A stretch of DNA of 59,516 nt, counting the filler, from Asterionella formosa (lineage: Eukaryota), in NCBI GenBank assembly GCA_002256025.1. It is 7 parts of 7 records of this genome, joined end to end, with 100 filler letters (N's around TTAATTAATTAA, not from the genome) between each part and the next. Parts side by side here need not be neighbours in the genome. Positions count along the whole stretch, not along the records: positions 17,044 to 25,460 come from NKIB01012216.1; positions 25,561 to 33,976 come from NKIB01012218.1; positions 34,077 to 42,492 come from NKIB01012227.1; 4 more parts are not named here. One strand, given 5' to 3'. Below the pieces are notes generated by a model. The model ran no database searches and was not told the DNA's origin. It was given only the letters and a program-made list of their open reading frames with translations. Positions 23,994 to 37,094 of this stretch are shown here, piece after piece. The first letter of the stretch is position 1. The number at the start of each line of letters is the position of its first letter. Position numbers and translations under genes: made by a program.

Positions 23994-25102
23994 AGTTTGG
24001 ATGCATATTATGAGCTAAAGCTTGTATACTGGTATGTACGCATTTCCTTTCCAGTGTATGGGTGATGATGGTATTTGGGTCTACTTGGCGCACCAGTTTA
24101 TGGTGCTCAAGTTACTTAGGCACTATCAAGTGACAGGGATAAAGATATGGTATGAATCAGACAACAAATAAATCGAAGGTGACATTTTTGTACACAGCTG
24201 CAAATATCATGTAGCAATGAATCCTCAAAACATGGGGTAATCCGTGTTCTGGCAATATTTTCGTCGATTGCACTTTTCAACCAATATTTTAGGAGAAACC
24301 AATTGCTATAAGCTTATATCTAATGACATAGCCTTAAAGCGTACATCCTCAAGACTGGCATCGAAGTTAAAATTAACAAATCTGCATTGGGAGGGTCAAA
24401 CCGTGTTTTTCTCCTGTTCAGTGTGTCACAGCGGTTCCAAATATTTTTTAGTGGGTCACAGCAGTTTTTTACTGGATTGATACCTCAGTTTATGTTGGAT
24501 CTCTGCTCAATGTAGTCCTGCGAGGTCTGTCTTGTGATATGCAGGCGACCGGTACAAACCGCCTGTAGGATTATCGCAACATTTGACCCTCTCTGGGTGG
24601 TATGAAATAATTCTTGTCTGTAATACATCGAACTTTCTCATGCAACCACAAGTTGTGTTGTATACTTGTGATCACTATTTATGTGGTTTTCTTCTAATTA
24701 CAACAATAGGTTCAGTATTCTCCCCATTGGCTGTCTGTTTGATAGGAGAAGAAGTCGAATTCCGGTATATATGCCTGCCCGCAATACCGGTAGGTTCAAC
24801 CCTAGCGGAACAAAAGATTTAGACTTGTATAGTTTTTCAGCTATAACAATCTTAAAATTTATTATCATTGCTTCAGTAGACGAATTGTTCCATTATGGGG
24901 AAGTCGTGAGTCAAAGCATACAGGAGTGTCATAGATGCATTCCTCGATCATCAGTGTCGAGGGCTCCAGCTGTACTAGCATGTTTTACCGATTCTTAGCG
25001 TTGGAACAAATACTCCCATCTAGCTAGAACCTATTCTGTTAATTTTCAAATTGTCTTGTCGAAGCTACTCGCTTTTACTTCCAGAGACGCAAATTGGTGA
25101 GT

Positions 25103-25460
25103 TTACAGCCAAGGCGACCATCCAGGGAATAAGGCACACAAGTTGTCGGGGTCTCTTGCTGCATTGATCAAAAGCTGTACCTGGCCTTCAATGCTTTGCC
25201 TTTCACTGGAAGTGCCTTCCTCAAGACCCTGGAGCTTCTCTTGAATCTTGCTTATAGCTCTGGTTCCAGCCTCATTTCCTTCTTCGATGTCGTCCTCAGC
25301 AAAATCAGGGAGTTTTGAGAGTTTTGATCTTCTAGAGGCTAAAGAATGGCCCTCAACCATCGCGTCTAGTGACTGTACTTGTTGGCGCTTTCGGGCTTTT
25401 TCAGCCGATTCTTTCCATTTGTATAAAGGATCTGCCACAATAGCAGAGAGAATCGTCAAC
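25103..25460 (-). CDS. ATM: C-terminal end (kinase tail plus FATC) of ATM/Tel1 PIKK kinase; 5' part lost at the gap
   Basis: DPLYKW...IQEKLQG...SIEGQVQLLINAARDPDNLCALFPGWSPWL*. Confidence 0.88.
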
Positions 25461-25560
25461 NNNNNNNNNNNNNNNNNNNNNNNNNNNNNNNNNNNNNNNN
25501 NNNNTTAATTAATTAANNNNNNNNNNNNNNNNNNNNNNNNNNNNNNNNNNNNNNNNNNNN

Positions 25561-26263
25561 GAGACATGAAAATTACGAAACCAGAATCACTCTGTTACTA
25601 TAAATAGACGGCACAGTCTCATGCTTCTTTGTGAATATCGCCTGCTATGCTGCGTTTCAATTGTAGATGTATTACGTTCTTGTTAGAGAGACTATGTTAC
25701 GGAGAAGTAGATTGTGCTGTTCTATAATGGATGCTATTTAGCTATGATTGAGGTTGTAACACTGATTGATGCTCTGGTGACAGACCGGCCGGAAATATTC
25801 GTGTTGTGTGATAAGCCATTTAGTTTTCATTGAATTTCTTTTCAAGCTCTTAACGGATTGCATAGTACGAACATACTGGTGTGCAATGTAGATGATGATT
25901 CATCGAAGACATATGATGACTTGAACGACAAATGAAGATTTTATCACAAATACTCGTTCTTCTCGACGCACATCATGACTGCTTTGTTGTTGTTGCAAGA
26001 ATCAGAGTGAGGACTGGCAAGGATGATGAGCCAAACCACATTACTTTAGCTGGTAGTACGACATTATCCTACCAAGAAATTTAAATAAAGTAACCTAAAA
26101 GAAACAATACATATAATAATTAAATTTCCATAGTCAAAAGGGTTACTATTAAATTACGAGGGCATTTATCATAATTACTATTAGATGATATAACGAAAAA
26201 TTATGATCAGATGATCATAATCCTATGATGCATCATAGAAATATGATGGTTTTTATTTGCAGA
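25561..26263. repeat. ~700-bp dispersed non-coding repeat; inverted copy at 44393-45068, diverged partial copy near 37690
   Basis: Co-linear reverse-complement match over the full length. Confidence 0.88.
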
Positions 26264-26289
26264 CATTGTTAAATGAAATATCACGAGAA

Positions 26290-28710
26290 CATGCATGCAT
26301 TTGCAACAAGCCATGTTTTTCAATGGTGGAAGCCATTTTGTAAGAAGATCTGCTAGGTTGGTGGCTCCTGGTTCATGCAAAACCCGCATTGCAGTTGACG
26401 CCACACTCTCACGCACTTTATGATAAGCAATTGAATTATGTTTCTTTTGTAAAACTGATTCAGGCCGAGTCACATTTTGAACAACACTGTTATTGTCGCA
26501 GAAAGTATTGGTTGGCCCATCAATAGGTTGTTCAAAATAACGCATACCACGCTGTGTTGTTGCACGAAGTGTGTTAGTTGCAGAATCGCTCAATCGTGAT
26601 TCCCCATCGCCCAGCAAGTGTTAGTGCATCAACAGAGGAGTAACGATGATCCATACTGGAAGTTGCAGATTGGAATCGATTATTCTGTTGATCTGAACAA
26701 GTGGGTGAAGGGCGTTCTTGCTCTGAAAAACGAGCGAGAGCTGTATGGGTCCCACTCTGCATCAGACGTAAGTTCGATATAATCACAGCATTGTTTTAGT
26801 TTGCGCTCTGTAGGCAAGCATATAGATATATTTGAAATGCATCCATGTAATGCAAAGGGTATTGTGGCATTGGAGATCGGGTCAGCACAGAGACCATGGA
26901 TGGAACCTGAATTATACAGTTTTGGTGTTGTGTCACATTGTATTCCATGATCCATCAATTGTTGAGGTGAAATAAGCAAGTGTTCCAAGTCACTTCCAAA
27001 GTATAGAGCATCATTAACAGCTAATATGTAGGTAGTACCATCAGACGCATCATATGCTGTAGCAACACGAGCAATGGGGACTCCACCAGTAGTCAATGTG
27101 CCAAGGTCAGAATGAAAACCACCCACATCAACCACACAGCCACTTAAGTGCAAGACTGGAATGCTTTTCCATCACATATTGTGTCAGCTCTTGTGTTCTA
27201 TTTGTTCAGCACAATAGCGACTCTCATAGTCATCTGGTTGTTGGGGCCGGATTGCTTTAGCAATATAGCGTGTTCCAGTAGTAATGCATTATGTTGACGG
27301 GATTGGCCAAATCATAATGAAGCGGGTGGATGTCCCTCAGGACGCAGTACAGGCGTTGATGGTGTAAGGGGTGGGAGACTTGAAACCACTGTTGCATCAT
27401 CGTGTCCATTGACGGCAGCTACTTGTCGGGGAATATTGCCATTTGAGGTATTCTTGTTAGCACCTAGGGAGTTATTACGTGCTTTGTATATGACCCGACA
27501 TTGTTTGGGAGTTAATTGACTCCAAATATCAGGACTAATGTATAAGCCATCATTGTTCTGGTCAGGTCGATTAGAGGTGTTATTCCTCTCTGATTTCCAC
27601 GACCACCATGGCCACGGCCAGATGAGCGGCCTGGACCTTGTCCATAGGTATTGCCGCAACCTGACAGAACTGTAGATCCTGTGTATCTATCCGCTTGACG
27701 GCCACAGCCCCTTTGTTGGTTGAACAATGATTGAGAAGGTTTCAGAACATTCCATAAGTTCTGTAGTTTTATGCTACTGCTTGTAAATCTGTATTGCATG
27801 TGTCATTATTGACGACAATTGCTGCCATTGAACGAATTTGATCTGAACTTAAATCAGCCATAAGGGCGCGTACGTGACTGGCCCCATCACGTACGATTTC
27901 AATCATGGTATCAAGTTCGGCTTGTGCATTGAGGTGCACTGTACAATAGTCAGATAAGGTCCGGTTGTGACAGTCACCATCCCAATAGGCCTTAGTTACA
28001 TCTGATTCTGCTTTTTGGATACGTGCAGTTCTTGAATTTGTTCCTTCATTAGTTAGCAAGGACAAGATTAATCCAAGCAGCTCGACCATTAGTTGTGGAT
28101 GCAAACCTGTCAACAAAGGCCTCAGCGGAGCCCTCAGATGTCCATGAGACAAGGATTTGGTAAAGAGTATAGTTGTCACCATTGAATATATCACCCTCCA
28201 AGGGTGCATGTCTAATCATTGCATGCTGAGTGTCACCTTCACTATTGTAATCATTAATGGCATTATCCCGCAGAAGGTATGATAGGGGAACACCATTTCG
28301 ATTCTTTTGCATGGCAATAAATTCCATGAACTCACGTTTCTTCTTTCTCCACCAGGTATCTGGTTTGCCATTCCAAGGATCAGCAGGGGCCCTGATATCC
28401 TTATTATTAGATGAGATGTCAGAGTTAGGATGTTTAATATCACCTGCCTTCTTAAGCATTAGTTCCAGTTGTGTTAAAGTGAATTCAGAAGAGGAGAAAT
28501 TTCCATAACCAACTACCAGCTGGCGCTGGCGGAACCAATCCCTAATTGCATATAGCCATGACCGTTTGCCTGCTGATAACTTTGTGGCTGGTGTAAAGCA
28601 TGACAAAATGGTGTTATCATCCAATGGTCCTAGGCTCATGGCCGTATCAATGTCTTCTCCAACCAGGCGGTTCACCTGTTGCTGTGTCAACTGTAGTATT
28701 CCAGTATAGA
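26290..28710 (-). mobile_element. Internally deleted Ty1/copia (CoDi-like) relic: gag, protease, then RNase H
   Basis: Gag NGVPLSYLLRD..DNYTLYQIL..GRAAW; protease region LLISPQQLMDHGI, IELTSDAEWDP; RNase H FCDNNSVV..LQKKHNSIAYHKVRE..NLADLLTK; no integrase or RT between them. Confidence 0.85.
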
Positions 28711-28714
28711 CTGA

Positions 28715-29800
28715 GCGTCTTTTCGGTGTCCGCTTCTTGTGCTGTTGTGTCAACTTTGGCATCGATCCTGTCATGTTTTTGTTTATCAAGATTGTTCCAA
28801 ATCTTGAAGTATGCACATATATATTGTCTGGCTTGCCTTGAAAAGTGTCTTGTATTTTTTATTGATAACACTTTGTTTGTTGACATGCTCTCTTGCACCA
28901 CAGACCTGAAGTTCTCTTTAACCTTTTTCCTCTTTGTCAGAGAAACCCGACGGTAAAAATTCTTGGCGCAGCCCCAAGAATACTCGATTCGAAACCCTTG
29001 TTATCTCACCCTTCTGTTCCATGAAAGCTGCTTCCTCGGCTGGTATCTGCATCCATCTGTGCATCCTTTGTTCATAGCCCAGATAAGATCATTTGCAGAA
29101 TCTCATTGGTATTGAATTGTTGCATGTTTTTGATGTCAATCAACATAGTATCCTTTCTTCCTTGTTGCATATCGGAATCCCAGCCAAGTCATACAAAGAT
29201 AGACGGTAGAGGGCGGGCTAATGAAGGTAAGTCTATGTGTGATTAGAATTTGTTTCAACTTTGACTTGACCTCCTCAGAGTCCAAGTCAAGTGCAACACA
29301 AACACTCTGCTCCTCGTCTTCCTCAACAGGTTCATTGAATGTCGAATGGAACAGTGCTGGTAGGACCTTGTCATGTATATATTCCGAAATCATTTCGATG
29401 GAAAGGTTATCCAAGTTTTCTTAGCCATATCATTGAAGCATTGTTCATGCAGATGTTGGGGTTGGCATACAGGAAGGGTGGCAGATCCTTGGAGTTTACT
29501 CTCAGTTAGAATTTGCGGTGTTTTCGGAAATTACAGCCAGTACCACTTGCTTGGAGACGATGTGTGCATGTGTGGCAAGTGTGAGTCCTTGGTTGGTTAA
29601 TCTTTTGACAGCAGGTTGAAAAGTTCCTTGGCTTCATAGGAGTCACAATATGTTGTGGTTGTGGTTGTTTGTTTCTGGATGTCGTTCTTTTCCCTGCTAG
29701 GAACAGACGATTGCAGGTAAGATGATGACTCAAAGGATGAGTATAGCAGCTGGATGTCTTTTCTCAGTAATTGGGACAATGAAGCAGAAGCTGGTTCTGA
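28715..29800 (-). mobile_element. Degenerate IS630/Tc1-mariner-like transposase relic with its centre deleted
   Basis: LGFRYATRKKGYYVD followed within ~150 bp by IEYSWGCAKNFYRR...FSRQARQYICAY. Confidence 0.65.
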
Positions 29801-31662
29801 TGAAACATCAGTCCCCCCTTAAGCATCATAAATTTACTAGTACTAGTAGTAGCTAATTGCTTCTTTCCCTTCTCCTTTGTCTTCAATTTAATTCTTCTCC
29901 TACTAGACTAGTCATAATAGCTTTACTATTGGAATCTAAACTAGTATATAGAGAAACTTGCTTCTTTCTCCAATAGTCGAGGTGATTTACTACTACCAAT
30001 AGATGATATCACATGACAATCACAAAATTTTCGACCATTATGACCTCGATTTCCACTTCTTAGCAGCCTTTTCAATGAAAAAAATTTATCTTCCCACCCA
30101 GATAATATACATATTTAGGAAGCTTAGATACCACTGATCCTGTAATATAAACAAGTCATTGCCTACTTTTTTCCTTTGTTTGATACTCATGTCGAAATAT
30201 CATCACCTTCTTGGCTGTTGAAATCTCGACCTCATTTGCTTCCAAAGATAGATTTGGTAACACCTTATGAGATAGTATATCAATCTATTAATCTTAAAGT
30301 TTATATTATCGCCAAGAGAGTACTTTCATGACGATATTCCCTGAATTGATTGACCAGCAACCAAACACCGTGAATGGCAGGGTCGCTGATAGCAGCCATG
30401 ACTGATATTGCTACAACTTATTGAATATCATGTGAAAAGTGATTCCCGAAAAGCGTTCCACTCATGACTAGAAGAACGCATCTAAAAGCCTTCGGGGAAT
30501 CACTTTTGCGCAAGTAGCTAACGGCGGCAATATTGAGCAACATGGTGAGGTAATCGAAGCGAACAAATTGGCGTGATATTCCTTAAACCTATAGAGATAA
30601 GGATATTATTTTGTACCAGTTCTACGTGGGCTACTATAGTAATTTTTTGATGCAACCAGCCTTACTTCTTACCTGCAGCAGGTAAAGAGATGAAGGTGTG
30701 AGTGATGGGACACCAACAGAAGGTGAAGGAGGGAAGTCTGAGCTGCCAGTTTTGTTTTTGGAACTATACTTGGGTTCTACTCCCAGCAGATCAAGATGCA
30801 ATGTTGTCTAGTTTTGAAAGTAAGGTGGATGACATCAGCCATTCGACTCTCATCTTGAAGGAGTTTTGACTTCTGACTAGTACTAGTATTATTGGTGGTA
30901 GCAGGAGTGACAAGTATGCAGAATGATGATTAAGCAAGAGTCCAGAAATTCCTCAAATGTGGTGTTTGAAGAAGTTTTCAGCAATTAACAAGTTGATGAA
31001 CCAACAGAAATGATGCAGGATGTGCACCTAAGAGGTAGGAGGGAGGAAGCAATTCGGTCACTATTGTAGTCTTTCTGTTACACCAAAAACGATTTGTTCT
31101 TTGGTAGGAATGCAAAGTTGGAATTAGGTTTGTAAGGTGGCTAAAAATGTTACATTTTGCAGGATACAGTAAGAAAGGTGGAGTATTGTTGCTTGGCAAA
31201 GCATTGTGTGGGATATGATGACTGCCCTACTTTGAGCTGCATTCTTTTCATTGCCACATTGCAAATTGACAAAATGTATGAGGTTTATATTCCAGATAGA
31301 ACAGTGCCACAGATTAGATTGCCGATCAATTTATATCTGCTGATCATCACACTGGTAGTATGTATTTAGGTTATTATTACACAGATGCATGATTTCATAC
31401 AGGTGTATCAGGGTACCTGGTACCAGGTACTGTATTTACATTATTTTTTCACCATTTTCCATCAGCTACCTTCAGTAATCAGTACTGTATGGCTGCGCGC
31501 CTGATGTTGTGATGATATCAGTCTCGCAACCACAGGCAGGTCAAAACAGCTGTAGGTAGTACAACCCATTCCTTTGTTCCGCTTCTTCATCAGTCAGTGT
31601 GAGCATCCATTGCCTTGTCCAAGTGTTTCAGTTTTCCGGCTCCTGTAGTTGTAATTTAAGAA

Positions 31663-32127
31663 ATGATTAACTACCCAGCGACAAGTTCTCTCTTTGTATA
31701 TGGCACTCTCATGTCTCCTCAAGTTCTTCGAGTTTTGATTGGACGTTTGCCAGAACTCGTACACTCTGCAACACTGGAAGGGTATCGACGGCATCCTGTA
31801 AAGGGACAGAGCTTTCCAGGTATGATCGCTGGAGTTGGCAGTGTCCAGGGAATGTTACTTAAGGAGTTGACAGTATCTGAAATGAACGTACTAGATTGGT
31901 TTGAAGGCGAAGAATATACCCGGAAGGACGTAAATATTCAATGTGGTACAACTTTAGAAATAACGCAAACCTATGTTTGGTCCAACCCATTGTCCGATTT
32001 GGACACCTTGTCCGAGTGGAGCTACGAGGACTTTTGCGATTTTCGTTTGGACAGCTATCTCAGTCACACTGTCAAACCTTGTCGTATCAAGCTAAATGAA
32101 CTCGCAATTGGAGTCTATGATCACTAG
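31663..32127 (+). CDS. Gamma-glutamylcyclotransferase, AIG2-like
   Basis: LFVYGTLM...ATLEGYRRHPVKGQSFPGM...LDWFEGEEY. Confidence 0.9.
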   Translation: MINYPATSSLFVYGTLMSPQVLRVLIGRLPELVHSATLEGYRRHPVKGQSFPGMIAGVGSVQGMLLKELTVSEMNVLDWFEGEEYTRKDVNIQCGTTLEITQTYVWSNPLSDLDTLSEWSYEDFCDFRLDSYLSHTVKPCRIKLNELAIGVYDH

Positions 32128-32311
32128 CAAGAGTGGACAATATCGCATAGTGTGCTTTACGACAAAAATGTATTTTAGAATTGATTTAAGGGTACAAACC
32201 ACGACCAACTTCCGTGCTAATACTTCCGCAATAGCATTGAGATATCCAACCTACAAAAGATTCCTACACTGCAATTTCTTTCACAGTCCACCGCATCGTC
32301 TAGAGGAATGC

Positions 32312-32896
32312 CTACAATGAAACAAGGAAGCATCCAGCAGTGATAAAGGAAAGGAGAAAGTTGATGAGGAGCCCTCTCCAGATCCAAACGCTCAAAAAAT
32401 GTGTGTATCGCTTCTCAGGTCCATGCTCTAGATAGGCGGTTGACCAACCAACCCGTCCCCAAGCCCACAACAACGTAGAAACAGCGGCAGTTACTGGAAA
32501 GGCAGTAGCACTAATCAATGAGACAAAGAACATTTGAGTAATCGTTTCCAGCACGTGCTGATGAGCACGCTGGGCGTTGTTGACAGCCTTGGCGTTTTCG
32601 GACGTTCCGAACACATACAAGTTGGGGTAACTGTAGCGTTCCAAGTCTTTTTCGCCAGTTGCTTCTGCCAAGGCACAGTACTTGCTGCGGGCTTGACCCA
32701 CTTTCATGCCAAAGAGTGTCATCCAAAAGGAATAGCCAGTCAGGATGGCAATGACAAGTCCGAAAGCATGGGGGAGAGCAGGAATGACTCCAGATGGCTC
32801 ATACAAGTACGGGATGGTCTTGGCAAGAAACTTCGTTTCTACAATAGGGCCGATAACCGCGAAAACGGCGGCTTCAATAAGAATCTTGATGGACAT
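32312..32896 (-). CDS. MAPEG family protein (microsomal glutathione S-transferase 3-like)
   Basis: KVGQARSKY..YPNLY..NNAQRAHQHVLE..WGRVGWSTAY; four hydrophobic helices. Confidence 0.88.
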   Translation of the reverse strand: MSIKILIEAAVFAVIGPIVETKFLAKTIPYLYEPSGVIPALPHAFGLVIAILTGYSFWMTLFGMKVGQARSKYCALAEATGEKDLERYSYPNLYVFGTSENAKAVNNAQRAHQHVLETITQMFFVSLISATAFPVTAAVSTLLWAWGRVGWSTAYLEHGPEKRYTHFLSVWIWRGLLINFLLSFITAGCFLVSL

Positions 32897-34076
32897 GCTT
32901 CCTCAAGTTGTTTGTCGTCAATTGGAAATTGATCCAATTGCGGCAGTGGCAAAAAATACTGGTACAATCTCTGCTGTTTACATCCCGGAACAGAGGCACA
33001 TATCTCTACATAGCGTATACGGTATCTTCTTAGGATGAACAACTGTGATCGAGGATCTCGTGCGTATTAACAATGTTTTTGGCCTCGTCATCGTAAATAC
33101 TACCGGTACAATCGGAATGTACGTATTTGTGTGTAGAAACTTCCAGAAGCCGGATGAGCACTATAGAACAGGATCGAGCAGAACACAATCGAAGAAACCA
33201 GAATCGAAGCAAGATAATAGTAAGAATGAAATGAAAGAAAGTTGGAATCAAAATACAGAGCCCAATGATAAAGTCTTAATCACCAGAGCAGTATCTCCAC
33301 TCAATGTCCTAACTAAGTAGTAGCTGTGTTATTATCAAAGGGTTTTATCGAAAAGTTCTATTTTTTACTCAAAAGGTCCATCAAACTTGCCAAACATTTC
33401 ACTAAACCTCCATGCACCATTTCTACCACAATTTAACTCAGTAGTCAGAGGAAGAAGGCTTGCCAACCATCAGTTTGTGGCCTAGAAACAAGCCACAACA
33501 AGCACAACAACAAAATTCTACTTTTTTCATTGGTTTACAGCTGCAGTGATAGATTGACAATGCTCCACAGCACAAAAATCACCACTTCAGCTCTGGATGT
33601 CACCACATATGTTAGGTTATCTTTGGAGGGCGAAGTTTTTTCTCTGCCTGGGCTGCTCATGCCAGGAAGTACTACACAGATTCCCCTACTAACAAGGAGT
33701 AGTTTTAAGGCACTATATAAATTGGATCCTTACATAGTTATTCAAAATTATTCTATAGGAAGAATATTAGTATTCTTGTACATGTGCAGAATAGGCGATG
33801 CCTGCTCAATAGAGAAAACGAGGAAATATACAGGCAATTTCACGCTAACAGCAACCTTTTGGCCATAATTCATAATTAACAATTTACGCAAGCAATGGAA
33901 CAAAACAAGTATGTATGCTGATAGTATTCACTCGTCATATTCATCCGATCAACTCTTTTGTAACAATAATTATTGTNNNNNNNNNNNNNNNNNNNNNNNN
34001 NNNNNNNNNNNNNNNNNNNNTTAATTAATTAANNNNNNNNNNNNNNNNNNNNNNNNNNNNNNNNNNNNNNNNNNNN

Positions 34077-35949
34077 GTTGTCGTCGATCGTCGAAGCAGA
34101 GCGATTCCTTCATTGACTTTAATATCAAGGGTTTCTTTGTCACCCATCAAAATGGCGTCTTCATGTTCAATGCCAAACATCCCCAAGATGCGTGCATATC
34201 CATTGCACAATGTGAATGCACAGAGCGCCAGAATCAGCAAAGGGGCGTATATCGAAAAACTTGTACCAAAGAATGGAACAGTTGACATCATGTTCATGAC
34301 ATGTGAAAAGGCACAATCCGTGGTCGAAGTATCATATTTGATTATGAAAAGAAAGTTGTACGCCAGCGGAAATTGTAGACGAACAAGATACTGAGCATTG
34401 AAGAGCAAAGCGATCCCATTACTTTGCTTATTTCCCCGAAGGCGGTACGGCCCAAAATTGCTCAATTTGAACAAGCTGCTGTATACACATAGCGACATGT
34501 ACAAAATGGGCAGCAGCGCTGCAAGCTGGAAGAGGAAGCCACGATCTCGATTTCCTGGCGTATCAAACATTCTCAATGCTAAAGCAAAGGGAGATACGTT
34601 AAAGGGCAATGCCAATGTCGCCTCACTCCACAAGACAGCACCAGACATGACTGCAAACGCCATTCCGAGCACACGATAGAAGGGACGGCGTAGGCAAGCT
34701 ATCCAGAAATACCGTATATTAACTCCGAGTTTCCCGCATGGTTTCTTGGAGCTCGTTGGAGTTTCTCCTCCTTTAGCTTCGCTAGCGTCGCCGCCGCAAT
34801 TTGCGAGTTCGGCATAAAAGTTGCTGTGCTGAACCAATGCATTCCACCGTTGTTCTGAGCTGACAACTTCCTCTTGAGCACGTTCCAACCTAGCGTTTAA
34901 CTTTGCCAAACTAGCAATGGATGGAATACCATCATCCAGTTCAATATCGCATGTTTCTTCATGTCGACCTCTACCTGTAGTTCGTCTTTGATGCATTTCT
35001 GGGCTCAGCACGGCAGTTGACTTCCGTGCAGTCAACAGTTTGTCCACACATCGAGCATAGTAAGGATCCATTGCCACGCGACTATCTTCACTGTCGCCTA
35101 TGGTCGCAGCAGCCTTGTCAATCAAATCTTCACAATCCTGCAGTTCCCAGACGGCTTCGAATAATGCTTCATCCGCACTGCTAGCAACAATCTGAGTTCG
35201 CCGAAGCTCGGTTTCTGGATTTGCCTGTCGCCATACCTGTTTCGGCAAATCGACTAGACTGTATCCCAGAAGGAGCACAACCATCAAGAATCCATAGGTA
35301 TTTCCGAGCGCCATCAGCACAGGTACAATGTGACCGAACGATTTCATCTTGACAGCAAGGGCAACGACAAAAAGCACAGCAGCCTGTAAATCAAGTAGAA
35401 TCAAAAATAGTTGGTTGGTTAATTGTCAACTCCACGCATCGGCATTTCAAACGAGTCAACGTACGCATGCTCCCATGATCCAGCCACGCACGGCTATTCT
35501 GCATCCAGCTTGGAGTCTTGAATACCAAGTGAAGCACCCCGAAAGAAGAGCATGCCGAAAAAGCGGCAAGATGATCCATCCTAGAAAGGCTGTTGACCAA
35601 TAGACGACTTTCCATGGGAGGTAGGTGTCATTCGGCGTGCAGCAACTCTCGGCCTCCGGTGAGCCTTCGGCGTATCTGTGTATTGTCAGAGCACGAGATG
35701 AGTCAAGTATGGAAGGCGTGTTGGGACTTTGGCAAGGTACGGTCTACTTCAGCGTCCCAGCACTTACACTGTAGTGACCGTTAGATCGATTGGAAGCAAT
35801 GCAATGCCCCCGAAACCCAGAGTAAAGCTCAACGTGACCAGAAAGAGAATCAATATCGACGTTTTGCGAGCGGCAAAATGGTTTACCAACAGGGCCGCCA
35901 ACACGAAGAAGATGGCGAACAATATGCCTAGCGTGCTCTCAGCGTCCAT
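34077..35949 (-). CDS. LMBR1-family membrane protein (LMBRD2-like); exons 35949-35768, 35675-35465 and 35383-34077 (3' end cut by the gap)
   Basis: Spliced translation gives ALLPIDL...WKVVYWSTAFLGWIILP...ALGNTYG..LLGYSLVDLPK...VLWSE...YLVRLQFPLAYNFL; introns GTAAGT..CAG and GTACGT..CAG keep the frame. Confidence 0.9.
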
Positions 35950-37094
35950 GGTGACAATACACGAAGAAGAATTTTATTTTAGAGCTATCTCTCGAACTAC
36001 CAGGTACCTGGTACCGGGAGCCAGGTACGGTACCGGTACCTTTTTAAAAAAAAAACCCAAGAAATGGTCTCAAACCAGAGAGAATCACGCCGAGCCGACA
36101 GTGCGTCAAACCTACCGGTACGTCGTAACTACCTGGTACCAGGTACCTGGTCTCTTCACTTGTAGTACATGTAGTAGGTAGGAGTACCAGTCCATGGAGT
36201 ACCAGTACCTGGAAGGTCCACCCCCAGTAGAACCCATTTTATGCACACCTTTTCAGTTTCAACTCACTCCCAATGATTTGTCCCATGCATGCCAGACAAG
36301 ATAGGCCAGCTTCGATGGACATAATATTCCTTGAGTATTTTAGGAAAGCATTACTCTGATTTACAGTCTCTGAACATGACTCAGATTTGCTGACTGGGCT
36401 GATAAGTAGTAACCCCCAGTTCAGCAAATTGTCTTCTACTAGCTTCAGAATACAAATAGGAACTCATGTCATTCTATTTATAAACATGGTCACACTATCA
36501 CGCTTGATGCAACAGTGTCCTGGCATATTTGCAATATCATAGCTACATACTATCACAGGTACCATATACTATGGCTGGGATGATATATGCTCACCAGGGT
36601 ACCCAAGGTAGCTAGGAGCCCTTATAGACACTAGCCTATAATTCTAAAGATGTTGCGATGTGTTTCTATTTATTAAAAACTATAGTGTAGTCGTTGTGAG
36701 CGACTGGAGTATACTTCATCATGTCATCTCCGCCCTGACCATGATGAAAATAGGGAAAAGAATGATGCTTGCTATTTGGTACATCCTAGCACAACATACT
36801 AGACAATACAATTGTAAAAGAATTATTTTAAAATCACAAATATTGACATTGACAACAAAAATGGAAGTTGTTGATGGCGCATTTTTTCATGTAATATGCA
36901 TATTGATGCGCAATTCAGAACCATGGCGGTGATACAATGATATTTGACACTTTCATAGTATGCAACACTCTAGTACACTACGGTACCTAGTAGTAATCTG
37001 TAGGTCGAACCAAATTTTGTTTGATTCTATAAAATAAATTAATAGTCAATTGAAATTTTCAAAATGAATCTTTTGTTTACGATTACTTATCCAG

